Shown piece by piece: positions 26,001 to 38,136 of a stretch of DNA of 64,000 nucleotides (position 1 is the first letter of the stretch; each line of letters begins with the position of its first letter). Position numbers and translations under genes: made by a program. The notes under the pieces were generated by a model. The model was given only the letters and a program-made list of their open reading frames with translations. It searched no databases and was not told the DNA's origin. Origin of the DNA: Podarcis liolepis (Eukaryota); the NCBI GenBank assembly GCA_965112155.1, contig OZ218101.1, one strand, 5' to 3'.

Positions 26001-26669
26001 ACTGGTAGGGATGCCCTCTGCCCACCACCACCATTTGGCTAGCCACAGGTTGGCTCCAAGGGTAACATGGCTTTGGGTATACACAACTGTTGCATTACCT
26101 TTAGAAATGAACCCCCGCCTAAGATGAAGGCCAACTGGAATATCTTTACGAAGTACTCCCATTGGCTCCTCTGCTGTGGCTTATGCACAAAACTGCATTA
26201 ATGGCTGGGAATGCTGTAATGATGCATGTGGCTTTGGGTTTCAATTTATAAGCCAGGATTTTCAGCGCCAAGAGTATCCTACAACATCAAGAGACCCACG
26301 CACGCAGCTTTAAAGAATAGGGGAAATAGTGCAACAACATGGGGAAAACAGCTACTGAAAGTCTGGTGAAGAACTGATCTCAAACGCAATAAGAATGGAA
26401 GCATAGGCGATATTCTACTAAACAGCTCTGCTAGCAGGAGGACTTTTAGCTATGCAGTGGAACTTCCTTGCCTTCTCTGCTCCCTGTGCAAATCCAGAAT
26501 CTCCTCCAGAGAGTTGGAGAGAAGCCTAGAACAGATTTAGGGGCCATGCAATGGTGCACAAAGAGAGGAGAAGGTGGAGAAGTTCCACCATACAGCTGGA
26601 GGTCCTTGCACCAGCAGAACTGTTTAGTTGGATACCGCCTCTGGTGTGCAATAGGCATCTATTTGATAG

Positions 26670-26820
26670 CCTGAAATTTTGACTGGAACCTTACTAGTAA
26701 CCAGTTGAGTTGTTTTGGCATTAATACTGCTCCAAAGGCAAAGCAAGCAAGCCTGGACCAGCTACAGCTTCTGAACAGTCTTCCAGGGCATCCCCACAAG
26801 ACCACATTGTGATAACAGAG
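26670..26820 (-). mobile_element. Old L2 LINE fragment
   Basis: Frame-shifted VGMPWKTVQKL / QLNWLLVRFQSKF, resembling the L2 ORF2 end. Confidence 0.55.
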
Positions 26821-28071
26821 CCAGAAAATTACAAATGTCTGTATAATGAAAGCGTTTGAACAAGTTAAAGCAAGCAGAAGTAGTAGAAATCTGAAAGTCC
26901 AATACAATTCTAGGTGTACCCGCAAACTGCCAATATGACACACACACACCCCAAGAGAGAGAGTGTAATACCATGCAGAACACTTATGCTGTATCTCAAC
27001 AAATGTGGTTTTTTCTAATCCCTATGTGATAAACTGCATGTACTTACAGGTAGAAATACATTGCTAGTCTATGAATCTGATCACCCTTGACATATACAAT
27101 TGAAGTTTATGTCAATGTATAAGGGCCAAAATTTATGGTTATTTAACAGCACTTAGTTGCAAGCTGTTAATGAATCTAGCGGAATCCCACTAGGTCAAGA
27201 CAACAATCTCCAGACCCAAAACTGTGCATGCTCATTCATGGTAATACATAAAAGAGAAAAATGCATTACCAAACTACTCTGCTAATACCTTTTGGATTAG
27301 GAGATTACATAGTTGCTTTCTAAATGTTCAGAAGTTTTTTATTACTTCTTTCTTTTACAAACAGAATGTCATACTCTTGTCAAAATGTTCTTTTAAAACC
27401 TTAAAAAAGTAATTATGTTTAATTACCTAGTTCATTCTAATTAACACCTCCTAAGCCTCTAATCAAGTTAAAAATATGTGAAGTTTAACTCTTCCTAGTG
27501 AAAGTACTCTAGGATTTCCTTTTAAGCTAGTTGAAGTACACTCACTTCTTCTATTTCTCTGTTGAGAATTTAGGCCACAATCCTTACTCAATTAACCTGT
27601 GAGTAAACCCCATTTAATTCAGTTGGATGTGCCGGTATTTCTGAGTAGATATTACTAGGATTTCAGTCTTAGCGACCTGGGGGAAATCACAGATAGTGCC
27701 AATTATGTACAGGACTTAGCATTCTGACTTAGAACAGGAGACCCAATGAGGGGAAAATGGGTCTAGTGTAAGCATGACTAAGCCAGAATCCTGCCCATCA
27801 TTTAAAAAACTAAGGCTGAACCATATAACACATGAAATAATAAGACTGTTCCTTCCTTTCAGCACTCGTTACCTGAGCAATCTCCAAGCCCTCCCAACGA
27901 AGGATTCTAAAATTGTGAATTAATCCCTGTGGCTCTTTCTTTAATGCCAATTTAAACTATGGCTATTTGTGACTGATAATAGGTCCATGACACCAAAAAG
28001 CTTCATCTGCTGATTTCTGCACATCCAAGGCGCAGGGGTACAATACACCCTCTCAAACTTTTTGTCGTTAC

Positions 28072-28146
28072 AAATTCCATTTGAAGCAATTTTTCACTTT
28101 CAACACTCACTGCAATCAGATTCACAATTCTGTTCTTTGATATGCC
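28072..28146 (-). mobile_element. Possible hAT transposase C-terminal relic
   Basis: GISKNRIVNLIAVSVESEKLLQMEF resembles the hAT dimerisation motif (T)MSQERL.NLA.LSIE.E.L..LDF. Confidence 0.4.
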
Positions 28147-29385
28147 ATCCCACCCCACCCCCTTGTCCATACTGTCTTCTCCAGCTTCAGTTGTTGAACA
28201 CTGTGGCTTAGTCCAAGGAAATGTGGATATTGCTGATGATGTCACAGACACTCATGGATTGGTGTGAATGGTAGCTTATACACACAAAAAGAGAGGGAGA
28301 GACAGAGAGAGACCTCTGTAAAGAGAAGGTGCAGGGCTCCTGATCTGGATCAAGACCACAAAATCAGTCTTCTAAATTCACCAGGTTCCAGGTGCATTTT
28401 GCACCTGGCTATCGGCCACTTGCGACTATGTGAAGATGCTCAGGGGCCAGGATAGCACCTGGTGTCTCTACCATCTGGAGGTGCATGCCTGGGGATCCTT
28501 GGATCTGGACTGTTTTCACACACTAGCAACACATCCATTACGTTTTATCTACACAAACAGAATGAATTTCAGGGACCAAAAAGGCCACAAAATGGCAATG
28601 AGGCATTCTCTTTTGGCGACTATAACCCTGGTTTAAGGAGCCATTAGGAGCCTAGCTTATATATCTGAGTTTCTAACACAGCACAGAATGTGGTAATGGG
28701 TTAAAGCGCTCTAGCCCCATGCTAGAGGTCTGGTCTCGATCAGGGTGCCCATACTATTTCTGAAAGAAATATCATGCATTTAAGGCCAAACCACATGATT
28801 AACATATTGTGCAGTTAGGTCCTGATGCTGAGGACAGTTGAAGGCAGAAAAAAAAAAAAAAGGAACATGAAAATGGCACCAGAAGAAGCACAGCATCAAA
28901 GCAAGGTGTATGATGAATCTATTTTGGCACATTACTTGGTGGCCTCAAATGTGCTACCTGAAATCATGGAAAATATTCTCTGTATCCCTATGAAATACTA
29001 GCTATATTGTTAAGCTCTTATCGCATCTTTAATTATTAAGTTTCATGCATGCACACTGCTAGCATGCACGTAGCCCAATCTGGGGGGTGGGGGTGGAAAG
29101 AGATTTCTTTTTCACGTGGATTAATGAGCAATCCAGTGGTCTGACACAAATCCAGAAACTGATAATTTATAGACCTGCGAATTTGGACGCAGTTGGCAGC
29201 ATCCCATGGTGGTGTGGGAGCTGTGGTGGATTAAACGTTTAAATCCTATTGTCAATGGAAATGCCTCTAATCTGCAAGGTGTTCCATTGAAAACAGCAAC
29301 CTAAAGATTAAATTGTTATCATCCTTGGATGTTCAGGGAAAACATGTTTACAGGGGAAATGCAAAGACGCACGGTTACTACAATA

Positions 29386-29630
29386 CAGTGGTACCTCGGG
29401 TTAAGAACTTAATTCGTTCTGGAGGTCCATTCTTAACCTGAAACTGTTCTTAACCTGAAGCACCACTTTAGCTAATGGGGCCTCCCGCTGCTGCTGCTGC
29501 GCCGCCGCCACGCAATTTCTGTTCCCATCCTGAAGCAAAGTTCTTAACCCGAGGTACTATTTCTGGGTTAGCAGAGTCTGTAACCTGAAGCGTCTGTAAC
29601 CTGAAGTGTCTGTAACTCGAGGTACCACTG
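29386..29630. mobile_element. Tc1/mariner-pogo MITE
   Basis: TA-flanked cagtggtacctcg TIRs. Confidence 0.92.
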
Positions 29631-29961
29631 TATTGTGATTAATAATAAATGAGTGTTCCTTTGGTTTTATTTCATCAACAGGATTGAAACCAGCGACAAT
29701 TCAATAGCCAACATGTCATGATGCATGCTGAAGCCAAGAATGCTATCATGGGCTACACTACATGGACAAAAGGTGGGTTGTAACATAAAGTGAACAAGTA
29801 TAGCAAACTTAGGTAAATTAACTCCATCCTTTCCATCCTGGAAAATGTCTTTGTTCCTGGGGGATAGTGATACCTTTTAAGGATAGACAAATCTTTGATA
29901 TTTCTAAATTTCTCATTTTCCCATTCTTCAATTCATCACATTTCTGCATTAGTTTGCAGTA

Positions 29962-30204
29962 CAGTGGTACTTTGGTTTGCGAACAGTCTGGTTTGCATAC
30001 GTTTTGGATTACAAACTTGTCAAACCCGGACGTGCGTGTCCCGGTTTGCGAACTTTTTTGGATTACAACACCCTTTGGGGGGGGGATTACAAACAAAAAA
30101 AAACTGGAGGCCCCATTGGCGAAAGCACACCTTGAGTTATAACCTGTTTTGGTTAACGAACAGACCTCCGGAACAGATTATGGTTGTAAACCAAGGTACC
30201 ACTA
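29962..30204. mobile_element. Tc1/mariner-pogo MITE, related subfamily
   Basis: TA-cagtggtactttgg...ccaaggtaccacta-TA; splits an older AT-rich DNA-element remnant at about 29830-30670. Confidence 0.8.
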
Positions 30205-31429
30205 TATCTATATATCTGTATCTGTATCTATACAGTTTGTGAATATAACAAAAAGAAAAAAGAAACACCATCAATAACAACAATCCATCTATTCTGACTT
30301 AAACATGCACCAGTTTTTATGACAAGTCCATATATGTCCAAATAGTTCTCCAAATGTTCAAACATGTATCTTTCAGGCAGCATTGGAAAAAAGATATTGT
30401 GAAAATTCATCAGTATTTTAGAGCATGTTTTTGCAAGCAATTTCCCCTAACATTCTACATGTTATTTTCATAATATATGTATGTTTTGTGTATACTCCCC
30501 CCCACCACCAATATGCACTTTTGGGGGGGGGCTGCATAACTGCATCTCAAAATTTGGAACCTCAAAGGTTAGCTGTGTTTTGGTTTGTGTTATTTTTTCA
30601 AGGAGAGCAAATTAGGTAGGTTTGCATTAAAATGCGAATCAAACTGAATTTGTCTTAATTCCTGTCCCTCTTCTCCATTTCCTTAGATGATCCACCTTGA
30701 GAGGGCAGTCATCGCCCCCACTACAATCTGTGCATGGGAAAGCCTACATTCTGAATCTTTTGTACGGCAATGCATCTGCTCAACTAGGGATTCCTTCACA
30801 CTGCTTCAGAGTGGGTGCAAGCTTTTTGCCTGTTTTGCCAAAGCTATTCTCAGAAAGCAAAACATCTGTTTTATTTTCTGCTACTGTACCCTAAACAAAC
30901 AACCCTTACAGTTAAGATATAGTCTCGTGTGTTTCCAACAGCTTGATTGCCCGATGTGCTGTAATTGCCCAGGTCATGCTATCTAGTTTAAAGTTAGATG
31001 TGATTAGAAGCTTGTGGGAGGTTCGAGTTTATCCATAGTAATTAACACTGATGCGATTCTCTCCTTCCTCACCAACTGAGTGAATCAAATTGGTAGAGCC
31101 AGATTATTTCTGATGGGGCAAAAGGACTTGTTAATTAGGCCTTCCTGGACCTCCCTTTCATTTCTTTCACAAGTTCTGTCCTTGATTTTCCCTTCTAATG
31201 GGCATGGTGGAATAGAATAACTCAAGCCAATCTAGAAAAATAACCTCCTCCTCTTCTTCATGAACCTCAGAATCTCAAAACTGTCTGAGTCAGATTGCAG
31301 CATCTCCTTAACCTTTCTCTCTCTTCCTTGACCCAACTACTTACTGGTTGTGTTTTGTTCTTTTTTAAAAAACTTTTTTTGGGGGGTTGCCCACTGGCTC
31401 CGCCCACCTCCTCCTATATGAAAGCCTCT

Positions 31430-31722
31430 TGAAATATACTCAGAGTCGAGAGTGGATTTCATGCTCTTTATTCATAGTGGTGAGGAAGAATGGAAGTTCC
31501 CCCAGAATGTCTGCTTTATATACATTATTTACACAATGGGCCACACGTGATTGGCTAATTTCGGGATTCTCCTTTAGGCCAATCAGGTTGTGGATTCACT
31601 TCCACCTGGAGCTGGATTGGGTAGCTCCTGTGGACCAATCAGACTGCTGCAGTCTGGGTCCTATTGTTCTAGGACCAATCAGACTGCTGCATTTTGGATC
31701 CTATTCAACTCAGTACATAACA
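31430..31722 (-). mobile_element. Solo LTR, 293 bp
   Basis: TG...CA termini; exact 5-bp TSD cctct at 31425-31429 and 31723-31727; multiple CCAAT boxes; TATA and AATAAA on the minus strand. Confidence 0.9.
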
Positions 31723-31746
31723 CCTCTCTAGCACTCTTTTTGAACC

Positions 31747-32115
31747 TAGGATAGCTAAATCGGTAGAGAATACTCTTAATGAAGACTCTTAATCTCAGGG
31801 CCGTGGGTTAAAGCCCCGCGATGGGGAAACATGGCAGGGGGTTGCACTAGAGCAGTGTTTCTCAACTGGAGGAGCATATGGCCCCCTGGGACCCCCCAGG
31901 ATATTCCAAGGCGGCCACAAGTAAAATTATATAATTTATATAATTATAAAAATAATAAATAAAACATGTTCTATTTACGAACAAAATAGCTACCTTTCTA
32001 CCAGCAGGACAGGGGTTGGGCTACAGGAAGGAAACAAGGTCGGAAGGGGCCATGGTCGGGGAAAAGGTTGAGAAACACTGGACTAGACCCCTTGTGGTCC
32101 CTTCCAACTCTTAGA
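31747..32115 (+). mobile_element. tRNA-Lys-derived SINE with CR1-type tail, split by a hAT MITE
   Basis: ggatagct...cggtagag...cttaatctcaggg head; tail gtcccttccaactct resumes after 32080. Confidence 0.75.
31853..32080. mobile_element. hAT MITE
   Basis: TIRs cagtgtttctcaac / gttgagaaacactg; 8-bp TSD cactagag/gactagac. Confidence 0.85.
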
Positions 32116-32848
32116 TCCTTGCGGTCTAAGCTGTGCTTTCCTCCAGCTTTCCTTTGCCTGGGAACAGCATCCTGTTTTCCTTTCAGCTGTCTCTTTGGAA
32201 GCCTGCAGATACGGTAACTTATTTTCTAGCTGTTTCTTGGGGATAAGGGAGATGATATCATTTTATTCTCTTATTAATTATGCTGTTTAAAAAGTGCATG
32301 TTATATTTGACTTCATTTAGTAAAGCTTGCTTTTGGAATATTTAAGGGTTGGTTAATTTTGCTATGCTAAATGCACATTCTGTAGTTGACCTTTGTAATG
32401 TTTTATTTTGAAATCTTCTTTAAGATAATGTTTTAGTTTTCTGTTAATTGTGTTGCTTTGAATGTATACTTTGTATCCAACTTGCTTCTGTTTTATTCTG
32501 GATTGTATTATTTGGTGTTTTAATGCACTGCAAACTGCTTGGACGGTTTTTTCCCTTAAAAATACGAAGCTCTATAAAAATGAAATGACTAATAATGATC
32601 AAACAGCAATGTATCACAGTGGCCAGCAGTTTCTTAAAAAGGCTTCTTATTGGTAGTTTCTTAAAAAGGCACAGGGTGCTGTACCTTGGCAGTGTTTTGG
32701 ATGGTTGTCTGCAAGGAAAACTCACAGCATACAAACTCCCCCAACTCCCAGGTCCACTGCCCGACAAACAAGTAATGTGTGAATAAGGCTCCAGATTGTG
32801 ATTCTGCACTAATTTCAGCCTCCAGGCAACCACACATAATAGTACATA

Positions 32849-33100
32849 CAGTTGTACCTTGCTTCTCGAATGCCTTGTGACTCATATGTTTTGGCACCCG
32901 AACGCCGCAAACCTGGAAGTGAGTGTTCTGGTTTGCGGACATTTTTTGGAAGCAGAACATCTGGCGTGGCTTCCGCAGCTTGTGATTGAGTGCAGGAAGC
33001 TGAGTGCAGCCAATCAGAAACCGTGCCTTGGTTTTCAAATGTTTTCAGAATTCGAACAGACTTCCAGAATGGATTCTGTTCGAGAACCAAGGTACGGCTG
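32849..33100. mobile_element. Tc1/mariner-pogo MITE, related subfamily
   Basis: TA-cagttgtaccttg...caaggtacggctg-TA. Confidence 0.8.
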
Positions 33101-34699
33101 TATAATAATGTGTATATTATTTATTTAATCCATTTAGAGGCTCCTTACTTTCCACAGATCTCTGGGAGGTTAACAATAAAGAAAATCAGAACATACAATC
33201 CAAACACATAGGTATACAATAAGAACTATTTCAGAAAATTTATGTCAAGAAAAATCCAAAAACATAAATGCTTTCACTACAGCCATTCTCATACAGTATC
33301 TCTGCCAACCACGCACACCAAAACAGTTCACATTGAATGCTATAAACCCACATACACTTACGAAACATTTGGATCATTCTTACTAAGAATCACTGCCAAG
33401 CATACAACAATAACAGACTCTACACATCTCTGCAACACTAATGGGGTCATGCTCCATACTGAATCCTGAAATACTCCCTTCCCACTCCTCACGTGGCAGA
33501 GACCCAGTTGTATACCAGTGCAGGCCCTAACCTATGGGAGGTGGGGTATAAAACTACACACACACACCCCGAGCAACATAATATACCCCATATAATTCAT
33601 AAAGTATGCAAGAATTGTTCTTATTTTTAGTGGAACCAAGGCAGGGGGGGAATCAAGTTCAAGGAGTAAGACAGGGATGAGAAAAATCAGTGTGGCTAAA
33701 ACTCAACATAGGGATTTTCATGAAAATTTATTCCATACTTAGAAGCACTCTGCAATTAACCTATGGGTCCTTCCCCCTTGATAAATTACAAGTTTCAAAT
33801 CAAATTGTGTGCGAGGGTGGGTGTGCGTGCCCATCCGTCTACCTATTGCTATGCAAAGAGGAATAAGAATGAAAATGGAATACAGAAATACAAAGGCAGA
33901 TTGTGGAACTGTGTTACATGTAAATACATGATGTACATTAGCACCTATCTGAAAATGACTGGGCCCTGTTAAAAAGTGTCGCTGCTATTGAGATTAGAGT
34001 TAATTGGTTTCATAGGTGAAATCCCATTAGATTTAGCAAATTTTCAGCTCTGAATTAGTTCTTATTTTCTTGATGATTTTTTTAAAGCCTTTTCAACTTT
34101 CATTATGACAAGTTACCATACTCTAAACAATGTATTCATATCACTTCAAATCTTGCTAATATTTACCTGGGTTATATGAATCCTGAGCAGAAAACAAAAA
34201 ACCAGATAAAAAGCCATATGGTCTTTTGTTGGTCTCTATTTGTTTTAAAGCCAAAACCACATCTCAATAATAATTCAGCTGTGGCTTGTGCAGTCACACA
34301 CAAAAACACACACCACACTATGAGCAAGAATCCTGGACCTCACGGCAAGGAGAGTTATGGACAACCTACCTCAGGTAAATTCACCTGTAGCTCAGCAGCT
34401 ATGTACATATCTATGACAAACTATTATACTATCCTATTATCCTATTATACTGTGCTTTTCTCCTCTTATATGATATCCTATAATTGAAAACTTTATTAGC
34501 ACATAGTGCTGTTGATTACTGCACTCTAAAATGAATATCAATTAAGCTATAATTTCAACAGTTTTATGAATATTCTATTGACGTTAGGTTGCTCTGTTTA
34601 TAAAATTATGAACGATAAACACAACTAAAACACATCATCAGAAAGGCATTTATCCCCATCCAACACAAACTCCTTATACCTACATTAGAAGGGGACCTC

Positions 34700-34997
34700 T
34701 GGTGGGGGACACATTGTTCTCCTTCTGGGGCAGTTTGTCCACCTTTGGTCCGCACTCTGCACTCAGCTCACACCTGTGGCTCCTAGACGCCGTCAGCATG
34801 TGACAGCGGTCACACCCCAGGAAATGGCTTTGACTGGCCGGCAAAACCAGGTGAGGGTAGCTGATGGGTCTCAAACCATTGATGAGTTAGGGAATTCCCC
34901 TGCATGTGAAGACAGGATTGAGCAGATGGGACTAATAGTGGGTCCAACAATCAAGAAGGTGGTTTCTGCACGTGCTGTAGAGAGAAGTGAGGTGCAG
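34700..34997 (+). mobile_element. RTE-clade 5' UTR fragment
   Basis: Aligns by eye to 12625-12870 (gtccacctttggtcc, cacacccc, gaaatggctt, ccaggtgagggtagctgat). Confidence 0.65.
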
Positions 34998-35482
34998 GAC
35001 CTGCAGGACAGGATTCTGAAATTTCCTGCACGGTCTACTCCTTGGTACTTCAGGGAGTCTGCTTTGGAACCTGAGTCCATCAGGTACCCATTTGCTCCCA
35101 TAAGACTGTCCTGAATAATTTGGTGTCACCAGCAAACTACCACCTCACTGGTCACCCCTAACTCTAGTTCATTTAAAAGGCACTGGTCCTTGGGAGAATG
35201 CACTTCTTACCTCCTTCTATTGTAGGACTGGCCAACATTTTGGAACTGGGGCCATATCTACAAACCAGAGAAACTGTTTTGGGCACCACATGCATGCTAC
35301 AACTCACGCCTTCCGATGAGTAACCCCCACCCCCAAAATTGACCCAAGTTGTGAGCATAGGCTTAGAAAAAAAGCCTTCTGTTGACTAAACGAGGGCTTT
35401 TTTGAAGTCTAATTTCAGGAGGAAGGGGAATGGGGTCCTGTAGGCACCAGTGAAGGCCTCTGCAGGAACATGTGCTCCATTA

Positions 35483-35585
35483 TAATCTTGGGGTCATGGG
35501 TTCAAGCCCCACATTGGGCAAAGGATTCCTGTATTACAAGGGGTTGGATTAGATGACCCTCATGGTCCCCTCTATGATTCTGTGG
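35483..35585 (+). mobile_element. tRNA-Lys/CR1 SINE, partial
   Basis: Matches 53766-53909. Confidence 0.7.
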
Positions 35586-37496
35586 TTATGAGAACTGCCT
35601 ATTTATTCCAATTCTCTGCTTCCTGGTCTTTAGCCAATTACCATTCCGCAATGAAGACCTCCCCAGAGTGCTTAACTGTTGTGAAATCTGCACTGACCAA
35701 ATAGTTGGGACTTAAGCACTGGCATTACTGTACAGGTCTAGCAATCCCTCTGTCAATTTCAGCAGTTCCACTATCTTTTCATGACCAGTAACATCTCATT
35801 CTGAGGTTATACTTTCTTTATTCAGTTCACCCTCTGCATCACTTCTTCTTATCCTCTCTCCTGAAAGTGCGTGTATGAATTCTTTGTATAGGTAAAAGTG
35901 AAAGCAAAAAGCTTGTTTTCTGTAGTGGAGGTGATGCTGGGTGGTTGTAAAAACTACCTTGGTGCTACTTGTTTTAATAAGATGTAAAATTGAAGCCACT
36001 CTACGCGGGTTTCCAAAATGCAATGATAGTGTGACACCAAAACCTAGAAGCAGCTTTGCATAACAGGAGGTCAGAGTAGCTCAGAGCAATACAGTGTTCT
36101 CTCTTGTTTCTTAGATTTTCCCTATTAATCTCTCACTGATACATAATGAGGAACATATTTGGATATTTGAGACATTTTAGTCTCAATCTTGTGTTCAGAT
36201 TTCATTGAAGTTCGTACCAAAGCAGTATTTTTAAAGGTACTTATCTTGAATGTTAAAAGAAAAGAAATCAAGAAGATAAGAATGTAATAATTGCCCCCAA
36301 AGGAAAATATTAAGCTAGCACTAACTTGTTTCTCCCTGGGCTAGGTAAAAATAGTGACCCAAAAAGGTAAACACTCAGTTCCTCTCCCAACAGACAAAGA
36401 AGCAAACCATTTCTCCCAAGCTGCTATGTATAACTTTGGACAAAGAACTGCAAAGGAATTAATAGGACGTTGTGATAAGAAAAATTATAAATACAGTATC
36501 AAGGAGAAAAGGGGTAGGAAATGAGTGAGATTCATGAAACACTCTGAGATTTTGCTTCATACTTATAACAAGCCTTTAGGAAGAACTGGCCCCACAGGAA
36601 TGACAAGATTGGACATGTCAATATTAATCTGTATGGAATACATTAGCACTTCTCCAATGCACATTAATACTAGTGGGGTGCTGAAATTTTGCTTTGCTAT
36701 ATTTCTGATGCAAAAGTTACCGTTTCTGACGCGTCAGTATAACTTTTTAACATGAAAGACTGTCGCTATGTGATCCCACCCAGACTTGATCACAGAGTGA
36801 ATGTGTTGATGTTGTGATACCACATAGTTAATATGATCTGACTACATGATGACATCACTGTGGGCAGAGAACCAGATTGATGCTCCCTGTCTTGCCACAA
36901 TGCAAGGGCAATTTTATTGCTGTCCTGCAAGAGGCTGAGCGGCCTGGCAGGCCACAATTTATCCTGTCCCCAGGCATGGGGCCAAGTGTCTCATTGGGCA
37001 GTTGGTCCCACGCTCAAGGGAACGCCCACAACTACCTGCTGCCATTGGCCAATATACGGCAGGCGGACAATTCAGCCTGCCATTCATTGGTTCACTTAGA
37101 GTGGTACGGAGCCTGTCCACAAAACCACCTGCCTTAAAGGCAAAGAGACCTACAAGACTGTCACCTTTGATCCAACTTTAGTCAGGTAGTCATGTGCATG
37201 ATCAGCTAGGGCAGAATGTGTACACAGAGAAGACTGGCATCCACATCCTAATGCTGTTACTTTCAGTGGGGTTTGCCTTAGGAAGCACATCTTCATCCTG
37301 CCCTGTCTGGGTTGGAGAAGGAACTGTGGGCTAGGTGTTTTGACAGTGGAAGCCAATCACCCTTGCCTCCTGATACCTTGCCCCTTGCATGCAGTTGTTG
37401 TTTTTTAAAGGGGTTGGGGAGGGGGAAAATGGCCAAAAGGTGGCACCAAAAAGGGGGTGAAAAGGTTCACAAAATGTGTGTGTGTTTGTGTATGTG

Positions 37497-37497
<1 letters not shown>

Positions 37498-37529
<32 letters not shown>

Positions 37530-37537
37530 ACAAACAC
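37498..37537. repeat. (CA)n microsatellite
   Basis: Direct reading. Confidence 0.9.
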
Positions 37538-37674
37538 AAGGTTTCAGCTCAGTACTAATGAACGGAGCAACTTCTACCACCATCACCTCCTTGATTTAGT
37601 CTGCAGACCTAAAAGCACCTGCTTTCATAATATTTTTGTTTGCATTACTCAAACTTGACAGCCTTTCTGTTTAT

Positions 37675-37825
37675 NNNNNNNNNNNNNNNNNNNNNNNNNN
37701 NNNNNNNNNNNNNNNNNNNNNNNNNNNNNNNNNNNNNNNNNNNNNNNNNNNNNNNNNNNNNNNNNNNNNNNNNNNNNNNNNNNNNNNNNNNNNNNNNNNN
37801 NNNNNNNNNNNNNNNNNNNNNNNNN
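37675..37825. other. Assembly gap (151 N)
   Basis: Run of N. Confidence 1.
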
Positions 37826-37851
37826 CAAGATGACGTACCATCATGACTTAC

Positions 37852-37902
37852 CTTAATGCGATTAAGGTAAGTCAAGAAGTATACTTTTGCCCACTCCTTC
37901 TT
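37852..37902 (-). other. Candidate 51-nt exon of an unidentified transcript
   Basis: Minus strand: cccttctcattcttttatggccag | AAGAAG...CATTAAG | gtaagt. Confidence 0.45.
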
Positions 37903-38105
37903 CTGGCCATAAAAGAATGAGAAGGGTGGAATATGTGGGTGTTGGTGGGTCCTCTCCTTCCAGGCAGGTTGCGGTGTCAAAATCAAAAGGACTATGGTGA
38001 GGGCTTGTTTAAAAAAAACCTTCATAACATGACTGAATAGTACGAGTTGCTCTGATATGTATTCAGTGGTTATCAGGATTGTTGGAATTGAACGAGAATA
38101 CTCAC

Positions 38106-38136
38106 CAACACTACCAGGGAGGCCGTCGAGAGGCAT
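38106..38136 (-). other. Candidate 31-nt micro-exon of an unidentified transcript
   Basis: Minus strand: ttttctgcttctttttcttgtag | ATGCCTCTCGACGGCCTCCCTGGTAGTGTTG | gtgagt; retains CpGs. Confidence 0.5.

Noticed and set aside
37645-38136. 163-aa ORF
   Set aside because: It runs through the N gap and a probable intron; only the two short exon candidates are retained
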